10,259 nt of DNA from an uncultured archaeon (GCA_964565125.1 CAZMCX010000021.1:1-10259), one strand, 5' to 3'; shown: positions 1 to 6,733, counted from the stretch's first letter. Notes: generated by a model not told the origin, from the letters alone. A program made the numbers and translations.

Positions 1-60
1 AAGCCAAGTTGGACATCTAATTCCAGCAACATAATCAGTCTTAGTTATCCACTTAGTCAT
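1..60 (-). CDS. 5' end of a CDS running off the left edge (hypothetical; N-terminus resembles DUF2779 / PD-(D/E)XK-like proteins)
   Basis: The reverse complement of 1-60 reads ATG ACT AAG TGG... = MTKWITKTDYVAGIRCPTWL, open to the window edge. It is absent from the ORF track because it is truncated. The xKxxYxxGxxCPxxLW-type start is recalled from DUF2779 proteins. Only 20 aa are visible. Confidence 0.35.
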   Translation of the reverse strand, partial: MTKWITKTDYVAGIRCPTWL

Positions 61-153
61 TAATACACCACTTCTCTTCTTATTCTTTAAATTATAGGTT
101 ATTAATAGTTATAAATGCTATTGGCTATTGTTTACTTGCTTTATATTATCATC

Positions 154-372
154 TTACTGGCTTTTACTTAATTCCCTTTTTATATCATCAACCATGGGGT
201 CCACTTTATTAATTATCCTTATTAGTTCTTTTTCAGATACCCCTAATTCTTTTGCCCACCTAACTAATTCCCATGTTTGACTAATATTAACTTGTTTGGG
301 ATCTTCTGGAACTTTTTTATTCAAATTATCTAACACTGCAGCAAGGTTATAAAAACCCTGCACACAACACAA
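154..372 (-). CDS. small DUF3606-like protein
   Basis: The C-terminal 50 aa (PEDPKQVNISQTWELVRWAKELGVSEKELIRIINKVDPMVDDIKRELS) match the remembered DUF3606 pattern (INVxExYEVRYWxxxLGVSxxEL...VG). The track start is a TTG at 372. An internal GTG near 336 would give a more typical protein of about 60 aa, so the start is uncertain. Stop is TAA. Confidence 0.6.
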   Translation of the reverse strand: MCCVQGFYNLAAVLDNLNKKVPEDPKQVNISQTWELVRWAKELGVSEKELIRIINKVDPMVDDIKRELSKSQ

Positions 373-412
373 AATAGAAACATATATATACTTATTTTTA
401 CATTATTAAGGT

Positions 413-1510
413 ATGGGGGTTGAAGAGAAAGATAGAAAACTTCTAACTAGTATTATAAATGAACTTGCAACAGGGGAAAAAACAACAAATGAAATTACAG
501 AAAGCCAAAAATCAAATTGGATTACTGTGCAAGGCTATTTAGAAAGCATGGTTAACTCTGGTTTGGCAACAAAAAGACATGCAGGAAACAGGGCCTACTA
601 TTGCTTAAAAGGAAATACAAAATATAGACACGATACTTATTTTGGATTACCCTTAGAAGACGAAAAGGTAAAATTATTAAGAAATATTTATGCCTATATT
701 ACACAAAACTGGGAAAAAGAAAAAGGAAAAAGACCAACACAAATGGAATTACACAAGATTTCTTACGATATAAATAAAGACCGCCAATTAGGAATCCCTT
801 TTGGATGGTATATTTATGGTGCAATTGCTGTCTTGGCAACAACTGGAGAAATTCTTGAGAATGTTACCCTAGATCAAAAAGTAAAAGAGTGTGCAGATAA
901 GGTAATACAAAAATATATACACAATGATTACTCCTGGCAAACAAAAATGCAACAATACAGACAAGAAAAAAAAGAGCTATACCTAAAAAAAGAGCAAATC
1001 CTTGCTAAATTATACAAAAAAGAATTTAGCCAAGAGCTATATTCTGATTTAGATTTACTATTCATTAAGGCTTCAGAATTAACAAAAAATGAACAAGACT
1101 ACAAATTTTTTAACATTTATTCTCTAATTTTGGAAGATACAGTCAAACAAAGGCTAAAACCCATAGAGAATAATGCGGAGGCCTATGAAGTAAAAGACGA
1201 AATAGACTATAGCTTCAAACAAATCTGGGAATTAATTGCGATGCACAATTTCAAAAAAGAATTAGAAGAATATTATACTCACAAAATATTAGAAGAACAC
1301 TTTGGCCCACATATAAACGAACAAAGAAAGATTATACAGGCATTACTTGATGAAATGATAAGCAAATTAAAATATGACGGGCCAACTGATGAAACCTATT
1401 TGAAATTAAAAACTATAACAGAAAACATTCATGAAAAAGCAAAAGAAAATAGGCTTAAAGAAAAAAAAGAACTAACTCAAGAAGAACTCTTTAAAGCGAT
1501 TGGGAGATAA
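413..1510 (+). CDS. hypothetical protein with N-terminal winged-helix (wHTH)-like domain and Lys/Glu-rich helical C-terminal half
   Basis: 365-aa ATG-to-TAA ORF. The first 65 aa or so (LLTSIINELATGEKTTNEITESQKSNWITVQGYLESMVNSGLATKRHAGNRAYYCLK) have the helix-turn-helix-plus-wing layout of MarR/ArsR-like wHTH domains. The rest is not recognised. There is no SD and only a 40-nt divergent gap to the neighbouring gene, so the mRNA is probably leaderless. Confidence 0.7.
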   Translation: MGVEEKDRKLLTSIINELATGEKTTNEITESQKSNWITVQGYLESMVNSGLATKRHAGNRAYYCLKGNTKYRHDTYFGLPLEDEKVKLLRNIYAYITQNWEKEKGKRPTQMELHKISYDINKDRQLGIPFGWYIYGAIAVLATTGEILENVTLDQKVKECADKVIQKYIHNDYSWQTKMQQYRQEKKELYLKKEQILAKLYKKEFSQELYSDLDLLFIKASELTKNEQDYKFFNIYSLILEDTVKQRLKPIENNAEAYEVKDEIDYSFKQIWELIAMHNFKKELEEYYTHKILEEHFGPHINEQRKIIQALLDEMISKLKYDGPTDETYLKLKTITENIHEKAKENRLKEKKELTQEELFKAIGR

Positions 1511-1925
1511 ATTCTTCTGGGCGTAATAATGGAATTTTACAATTCAGCTTTTTGAAATGAATAACATTTTGAGTAATAATATAATCTGCATTAGCTTTTT
1601 CTGCCAAGACAATATGCAAAACATCATCAAAATTGTCTTTAGATCTGGTTATGGCTTTTTGTTTATCCTCTTCTGTATACTTTACATCAACAATCATTTT
1701 ATCATAAATTACAAAAAAGGGTTTTAAAGAGTCCAGAGTTATATTTTGAGTATTTAACACTTTATTTATTTCCTTCAAAACCCACCCCGACAGCAATAAT
1801 TTATGTTTTGTTGATAATAAATAACTAAAGAACTTTGATGCTTTATTTGACATTATTTCATCAAATTTTGATTTTGGAATTCCTAAAAAGTCAATATATA
1901 CGCAGGAATCAACATACAAGTTCAT
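1491..1925 (-). CDS. PIN-domain ribonuclease (VapC-like), no adjacent antitoxin gene
   Basis: 144 aa. The N-terminal NLYVDSCVYIDF gives the first PIN acidic residue (D6). Candidate further acidic residues are E52 (VLKEINK), D100/D101 (NFDDVLHIVLAEK) and D115 (ADYIITQN). The usual TxD is TQN here. Its 3' end overlaps the convergent 413-1510 gene by 20 nt. Confidence 0.7.
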   Translation of the reverse strand: MNLYVDSCVYIDFLGIPKSKFDEIMSNKASKFFSYLLSTKHKLLLSGWVLKEINKVLNTQNITLDSLKPFFVIYDKMIVDVKYTEEDKQKAITRSKDNFDDVLHIVLAEKANADYIITQNVIHFKKLNCKIPLLRPEEFISQSL

Positions 1926-2008
1926 TATATTACAAATAGATTGCTCTTTTTATAATGCTTTTTAATTACCTGCAACAGCACCAATTAAAAAACAACGAAC
2001 CATATTAA

Positions 2009-3361
2009 TCACTTTAATTTATTATAAACATTAGCAATTATTTCTTTTATTCCCTCAGGATATAATAACAATTTGTCCAGAGAATCTAAAGGATGCCATT
2101 CTAATAAATACTTGTTATCTTTACGCTGTAGATTCTTTTCTAGACTACCCAATTCTAAATCTTCAGAATAGGATCTAACTAAAAAGATATATACTTGACG
2201 TTTTTTATCATTTATAACCTCTTCCAGTTTTTTTATTAAATAAAAATTATTTATCTGAATTCCAGTTTCTTTTCTTATCTTTTGAGCAAGGCCATACCAT
2301 ATATTTTTATCTTGCTTTGTTGTACTGCCTGGAAGAACATAATATTCTTCCCCGTATTTTTTTCTACGTAAAAGTAAAATTTTGTTATCTTTAAAAATTA
2401 TTACCCTACATCCACTACATTTTAATTTTTTAAATTCGTTTTTTGCAATCATTTTTATATTTTTATCTTTGGATACACGAATAATTTCACTTAAAAGAGA
2501 TTTTTTATGATCGGTATCAATCAAACTCACAGGTTGATTAATTAGTTTTTCTAAGGCAACTCTTCGAACCATTTTATCTTTTGAGTGTTTAGCAAGAAGA
2601 TATAAAATAAAGTAGTCTGTTGACTCTTGAAAATTAGATATAAGCATATTTATTGCAATTTTTTTAATATCTGGTTTAGAATCTCTCGCGAGCATTGATA
2701 AAGATTCCTGGTCTGTTATTTTGTTTACGGCGATTTTTCTACTTTTTTCATCTTTAGCACATTGAGCAACAGTCCATAACGCATCTTGTGTTTTTAATTC
2801 ACTAAGAATAGACGCCAGTTTATTCCCTATTTCCTCATGCAAAACATCATCATTATCATCGTCCCACCAACAACCAAGTAATTTTTGTTCATCATTTATA
2901 TTTTGTATCTTTTCTAATATTTCTAGTTTGTGTAAAGCTACTTTTTTTGTATTTTCATATTTAGAATACATTACAATCTTAGCTAAAGTCCACAAATCAG
3001 TAATATTATTAATTACGTTTAGCCTCACATCTTTATACTTAGAATATATAGCAAGTAGTTCTAAAGTTTTGGGGTTTGTTATTTTTTTTAGTGCGACTTT
3101 TCTGGCCTTTTTATTTCTAGAATAAAGTGCAACATGCATTAAAATGGATGGTGTTGTTATTTCATTAACTCTGGATGTTAGTATATTCATTGCTTTTATT
3201 TTTGTATCTTTATATTTTGAATGGCAAGCAATAGATGTTAAAGCGTCCAAATCTGTTAATTTCTCTACAGCTTCTAATCTTTTTTCTGCAATTTGGCAGT
3301 TTTTTGCAAGTTCCGTCAAAGTTTTTTTATCATTATCATTAAGAATATTTATAGCCACCAT
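2009..3361 (-). CDS. fusion protein: about 9 HEAT/PBS-lyase-like helical repeats (aa 12-310) plus a C-terminal Nudix-fold domain (aa 315-450) with a degenerate Nudix box
   Basis: 450 aa. It has recurrent 26-31 aa units such as ILMHVALYSRNKKARKVALKKITNPK, TLELLAIYSKYKDVRLNVINNITDLW, ALWTVAQCAKDEKSRKIAVNKITDQE and YLLAKHSKDKMVRRVALEKLINQP. The C-terminus CRVIIFKDNKILLLRRKKYGEEYYVLPGS...KETGI...LEWHPLDSL has the typical Nudix fold layout. Confidence 0.8.
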   Translation of the reverse strand: MVAINILNDNDKKTLTELAKNCQIAEKRLEAVEKLTDLDALTSIACHSKYKDTKIKAMNILTSRVNEITTPSILMHVALYSRNKKARKVALKKITNPKTLELLAIYSKYKDVRLNVINNITDLWTLAKIVMYSKYENTKKVALHKLEILEKIQNINDEQKLLGCWWDDDNDDVLHEEIGNKLASILSELKTQDALWTVAQCAKDEKSRKIAVNKITDQESLSMLARDSKPDIKKIAINMLISNFQESTDYFILYLLAKHSKDKMVRRVALEKLINQPVSLIDTDHKKSLLSEIIRVSKDKNIKMIAKNEFKKLKCSGCRVIIFKDNKILLLRRKKYGEEYYVLPGSTTKQDKNIWYGLAQKIRKETGIQINNFYLIKKLEEVINDKKRQVYIFLVRSYSEDLELGSLEKNLQRKDNKYLLEWHPLDSLDKLLLYPEGIKEIIANVYNKLK

Positions 3362-3371
3362 ATTTATCGTA

Positions 3372-3393
3372 TATATCTAAAATTTTAGATATA
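3372..3393. promoter_or_regulatory. perfect 22-nt palindrome in the promoter region of the HEAT-Nudix gene (candidate operator / TATA region)
   Basis: TATATCTAAAATTTTAGATATA is its own reverse complement (11+11, no spacer). It lies 11-32 nt upstream of the ATG at 3361. That is where an archaeal BRE/TATA would sit for a leaderless transcript. Confidence 0.4.
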
Positions 3394-3544
3394 CAATAAT
3401 TATCAACCAACTAACTTTATTTAAATCTTTCTTTATTTGAAACGAGTTATAGTGCTTTCTAGAATTGTTAATTTTTTAAGGCTACCATGATATAATAACA
3501 TACAAATAATTTAGATGACAAAACCCTTAAAAACAAACTACCAA

Positions 3545-3976
3545 CTAAATATCCTTATACCAGCCAATCATAATAGAACCTTTTTTAAAACCTAATTTGG
3601 AATAGAACTTACTTACTTTGGCTTTGGCATTGGATCTAAGATTTACGCAGTTTACGCCTTGTTTTTTGAAATACAGTTCAATTTCGGATATTAATGCTTT
3701 GCCAAACCCTTTGTGTTGATATTCTGGATCCACAAAAATATCTTTAATAAAACCGTCCTTCCCAGCATAATAGGTGTTAATAAAACCTGTAACAAAACCA
3801 ACAACTTTACTGTCTTGCTCTACAACAAAAATTATGCCACTCTTAAAATACTCCTTGATTTTTTCAGTAGCAGATTTGTCTGTCCATTTTTCGTCATAAG
3901 GGGGGCTATTTGATCCATCTTTAAAAATAGTTGCAACTTCTTTCAGGTCTTTTGGTTTAAATTTTCTTACAAGCAT
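3545..3976 (-). CDS. GNAT-family N-acetyltransferase
   Basis: 143 aa. It has the acetyl-CoA-binding motif A (IFVDPEYQHKGFGKALISEIE = Q/RxxGxG/A) and a motif B-like C-terminus (KVSKFYSKLGFKK). Confidence 0.85.
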   Translation of the reverse strand: MLVRKFKPKDLKEVATIFKDGSNSPPYDEKWTDKSATEKIKEYFKSGIIFVVEQDSKVVGFVTGFINTYYAGKDGFIKDIFVDPEYQHKGFGKALISEIELYFKKQGVNCVNLRSNAKAKVSKFYSKLGFKKGSIMIGWYKDI

Positions 3977-4081
3977 AGGTATCAGAATATTCTTAGTGCA
4001 AAAGGATTAAATATAGATCCAAAAATATTGCAAAAATAATAAAAAAAGAAAAAATCTCGAAAAATTAGATTCAACAAGATA

Positions 4082-4432
4082 TTATGCAGAAGCTAAACAA
4101 GATTGGGGTACAATATCATAAACTGGTACAGATACATTACATTGATCATTATCTTGTGAGAAAAAGGCAATCTGCAAAATAAAACTATTGCCATACTTGT
4201 TTACACTAAATTGTATGTTCTTAAGATTTTCTAAAAATGACTTATTTATTTTATTCCCGCTCATCTTTGCTAAAAGCTTGGATGCATCTAACACTTCAAC
4301 ACCTACTATGCTGCCTTTTTTGTCCAAATCAACCCAAAAACCATCAATTAGTTCAATACTGTTATAAAGTTTGGATTTATTTATACCTAAAATGTCACTT
4401 TCATTATCATAATTATATTTCATCTTTAACAC
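4082..4432 (-). CDS. DUF2283-like protein with an unrecognised C-terminal extension of about 55 aa
   Basis: MKYNYDNESDILGINKSKLYNSIELIDGFWVDLDKKGSIVGVEVLDASKLL matches the remembered DUF2283 pattern (YDxExDxLyI ... D.dG.IvGiEiLxAS). The true start may be the second Met (MKYNYD, about 4423). Confidence 0.6.
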   Translation of the reverse strand: MLKMKYNYDNESDILGINKSKLYNSIELIDGFWVDLDKKGSIVGVEVLDASKLLAKMSGNKINKSFLENLKNIQFSVNKYGNSFILQIAFFSQDNDQCNVSVPVYDIVPQSCLASA

Positions 4433-4520
4433 CCAACTTTCTAAAACACTTCTTTATAGATTTCTTTCCTAATGGAAAAAAGGTTAATATGGATATATGA
4501 TCATTATCCTTAAAAACTAT

Positions 4521-4573
4521 GTCACAAAAATAATAAAAAAAGGAAGAAAAAGAATTAGGCTCTTACAAGAGCC
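4521..4573 (-). terminator. candidate hppA terminator: short GC hairpin spanning the stop codon followed by oligo-T tracts
   Basis: On the minus strand GGCTC (4573-4569) / GAGCC (4562-4558) form a 5-bp stem. The 6-nt loop contains the TAA stop. This is followed by TTCTTTTTCTTCCTTTTTTTATTATTTTT, which includes a T7 run (plus-strand A7 at 4535-4541). Oligo-T is the known archaeal termination signal. Confidence 0.35.
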
Positions 4574-6545
4574 CAAGTGATATTGTTACGATTACTGATG
4601 CAAAGATTAAGGCTACTGTGTTCAGAACCTTGATCAATGAATTCAATGCAGGCCCTGCTGTGTCCTTGAATGGATCACCAACAGTGTCACCAACAACTGC
4701 AGCCTTATGAACATCGCTTCCTTTTCCGCCATAAAGCCCTTTACTCTCAATTGTCTTCTTAGCATTATCCCATGCTCCACCAGCAGTACACATCATTATT
4801 GCTAAAAGAAATCCTGATGCTATTGCACCAGCCAAAAGCCCACCAACAGCCTCAACTCCAAATAAGAACCCCACAACTATTGGGCTCAATACAGCAATCA
4901 AACCTGGAATCAAAAGCTCCCTCTGTGCTGCTTTTGTGCTTATATCAACACATTTTGCATAATCTGGCTTTGCTTTACCAGACATAATTCCTTTTATCTC
5001 TCTGAACTGCCTTCTTACCTCTTCAACAATTTGCATTGCTGCCCTTCCAACTGCGTTCATTAAAAATGAGCTAAACACGAATGGCAATAAAGCACCAATA
5101 AACAATCCGATTGTTACTGCAGGATTCAATAAATTTATTGTTGTTATTCCAACTGCTTCGGCAAATGCTGTGAACAATACCAATGCACCCAAAGCCGCAC
5201 CAGCAATAGCAAACCCTTTTGTTGTTGCTTTTGTTGTGTTTCCTGCAGAATCTAATGCATCAGTTACTTTTCTTACTTTCTCGTTCATTCCACTCATTTC
5301 AGCTATTCCGCCAGCGTTGTCTGTTATTGGGCCGTAGCCATCCAGAGTGATTATTAAACTTGTAAATGAAAGCATTGCTACAGACGCTATTGCAATACCA
5401 TAGAATCCACCTAAGGCATAACTTACTGCAATTGCCACTACAACAAGTAACATCGGTAAGGCCGTACTTGCAAATCCGAGGCCTAAACCCCGGATTACAT
5501 TTGTTCCTGCACCAGTTTTTGATGCTTCTGCGATATCTTTTACAGGTCTATAGTTTCCATCTGTATAATATTCAGTTATTATTCCAATTAGCACAGTAGC
5601 CAATGCACCAACTACGTATGCCCAGAATATGTTCATAGGTGTTTTTGTTAGGAAAAATGTTGTTAAGAATGTCAAAACTATTCCCAACCCTACTGCAACA
5701 AATAACCCATAATACATCTGTTTTACAATTCTATTTTCTTTTGTTAATCTTATGCACAAAATTCCAATTATATTTGCAACTGTTGATATTGCTGCAATTG
5801 TTAATGGCAAAAGAGCAAACTCTATTCCCAATGTTATTCCCAATACCATTGCTGCTAAAATAGTTACTACAAAACTCTCAAATAAGTCTGCAGCCATTCC
5901 TGCACAATCCCCAACATTGTCTCCAACATTATCTGCAATAACTGCTGGATTTCTGGGATCATCTTCTGGTATTCCTGCTTCAACTTTTCCAACAATGTCT
6001 GCCCCAACATCTGCGGCCTTGGTGTAAATTCCTCCACCAACTCTGGCAAACAAACTCATTAGACTTGCACCAAATCCAAATCCTAACATTACATAGAAGT
6101 TTCCAAATATCAAATATAGTATACTAATTCCTAAAAGGCCCAAACCAACTAAAGCCAGCCCTGTAACTGCACCACTTCTTATTGCAACTCTTCCTGCGCT
6201 CTTAAGTCCGCTTTCTGCGGCTTGTGCAGTTCTTACATTTGCCCTAACAGAAACATTCATTCCTATGTATCCTGCTAATCCAGAGCAAAATACTCCTATC
6301 ACAAAAGTGATTGCCATTGACCAGCTCAAGCAAAAGCCAATTATAATCGCCAATATTACAACGAATATTGAAAGCGTTTTATACTGTCTATACAAGTAGG
6401 CTAATGCACCATCTTGTATTGCTTTTGCAATCTCAATCATTTTCTTGTTACCTCTCGGCTGTTTCATAACCCACATGGTTAGTCCACCAGCAAAAACTAG
6501 TGTCAAAACACCGATAATAATTCCTAGCAAAATTGCAATTTGCAT
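4563..6545 (-). CDS. hppA: membrane-bound proton-translocating inorganic pyrophosphatase (K+-independent type signature)
   Basis: 660 aa and polytopic. It carries the hallmark M-PPase motifs GGGIYTKAADVGADIVGKVE, DNVGDNVGDCAGMAADLFES, GNTTKATTKGFAIAGAALGA, GGAWDNAKK and AAVVGDTVGDPFKDTAGPALN. A GAGGTG SD lies 5 nt upstream of the ATG. Confidence 0.95.
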   Translation of the reverse strand: MQIAILLGIIIGVLTLVFAGGLTMWVMKQPRGNKKMIEIAKAIQDGALAYLYRQYKTLSIFVVILAIIIGFCLSWSMAITFVIGVFCSGLAGYIGMNVSVRANVRTAQAAESGLKSAGRVAIRSGAVTGLALVGLGLLGISILYLIFGNFYVMLGFGFGASLMSLFARVGGGIYTKAADVGADIVGKVEAGIPEDDPRNPAVIADNVGDNVGDCAGMAADLFESFVVTILAAMVLGITLGIEFALLPLTIAAISTVANIIGILCIRLTKENRIVKQMYYGLFVAVGLGIVLTFLTTFFLTKTPMNIFWAYVVGALATVLIGIITEYYTDGNYRPVKDIAEASKTGAGTNVIRGLGLGFASTALPMLLVVVAIAVSYALGGFYGIAIASVAMLSFTSLIITLDGYGPITDNAGGIAEMSGMNEKVRKVTDALDSAGNTTKATTKGFAIAGAALGALVLFTAFAEAVGITTINLLNPAVTIGLFIGALLPFVFSSFLMNAVGRAAMQIVEEVRRQFREIKGIMSGKAKPDYAKCVDISTKAAQRELLIPGLIAVLSPIVVGFLFGVEAVGGLLAGAIASGFLLAIMMCTAGGAWDNAKKTIESKGLYGGKGSDVHKAAVVGDTVGDPFKDTAGPALNSLIKVLNTVALIFASVIVTISLGLL

Positions 6546-6550
6546 TCATT

Positions 6551-6556
6551 CACCTC
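6551..6556 (-). promoter_or_regulatory. Shine-Dalgarno site of hppA
   Basis: The minus strand reads CTGAGAGGTGAATGA-ATG. GAGGTG is complementary to the conserved 16S 3' end, with a 5-nt spacer. Confidence 0.55.
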
Positions 6557-6580
6557 TCAGTTAAAAAAAGTTTTAAAATT

Positions 6581-6683
6581 CACACTCTCTCGTCCGAAGC
6601 CCACGCACAAAAGCGTGGGTAAAGGCCACAAATATTTTTCTATTTGACACACATAAACCTAGACCTTTAGGCGTGAGAGTGTG
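6581..6683 (-). ncRNA. GC-rich structured element (candidate 5'-leader / small RNA) between mazF and hppA; family not recognised
   Basis: Nested complementarity, plus-strand coordinates. Outer stem: 6581-6592 CACACTCTCTCG with 6672-6683 CGTGAGAGTGTG (11/12 pairs). Hairpin: 6600-6606 CCCACGC / 6613-6619 GCGTGGG (7 bp, 6-nt loop). Third stem: 6620-6627 / 6662-6669 (TAAAGGCC / GACCTTTA), 8 pairs if one G-U is allowed, which is possible only on the minus-strand transcript. Inner AT hairpin: 6629-6634 / 6641-6646. The 6581-6690 segment is about 47% GC in an intergenic background of about 20-25%. The strand call rests only on that one wobble pair and on the context upstream of hppA. Confidence 0.45.
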
Positions 6684-6688
6684 CCACC

Positions 6689-6706
6689 TTATTCAAATTT
6701 GAATAA
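6689..6706. promoter_or_regulatory. perfect 18-nt palindrome upstream of hppA (candidate operator)
   Basis: TTATTCAAATTTGAATAA is its own reverse complement (9+9). It sits between a TATA-like box (6726-6733) and the structured element. Confidence 0.35.
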
Positions 6707-6725
6707 TATAATATATTACGCAAAA

Positions 6726-6733
6726 TATATAAA
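6726..6733 (-). promoter_or_regulatory. candidate archaeal TATA box for hppA
   Basis: The minus strand reads TTTATATA (archaeal consensus about TTTAWATA), 29 nt downstream of the mazF stop. A start about 25 nt downstream would give a leader of about 150 nt containing the palindrome and the structured element. A second AT-rich candidate (about 6703-6716) makes the assignment ambiguous. Confidence 0.3.

Noticed and set aside
2928-3380. Plus-strand ORFs 2928-3125 and 3144-3380 opposite the HEAT-Nudix gene. The same applies to 3713-3913, 4237-4500, 7035-7259, 7497-7697, 8285-8509 and 8427-8612 opposite other genes.
   Set aside because: These are antisense shadows of AT-rich coding regions, with hydrophobic low-complexity translations. 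They have no SD or promoter context, and each overlaps a gene that has clear family motifs.
4772-6049. Track ORFs inside hppA (4772-4987, 5366-5599, 5639-5863 and 5752-6027 on plus; 5867-6049 out of frame on minus).
   Set aside because: All are embedded in a confidently identified, motif-rich hppA reading frame. Their Leu/Gln/Ser-rich translations are shadow-frame artefacts.
6581-6683. MITE interpretation of the 12-nt terminal inverted repeats.
   Set aside because: There is no target-site duplication at the flanks (AATT versus CCAC) and no second copy in the window. This cannot be fully excluded without the whole genome, so it is kept as an alternative in the corresponding finding.
6582-6686. 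Possible tRNA, perhaps intron-containing. On the plus strand a 7-bp acceptor-like stem (6582-6588 / 6676-6682) is followed by G and CCA (6684-6686).
   Set aside because: The 17 nt preceding the 3' acceptor strand (CTAGACCTTTAGGCGTG) cannot form a T arm. There is no GTTCRA-like loop, no U8, and no D arm on either strand. The CCA is most likely coincidental.
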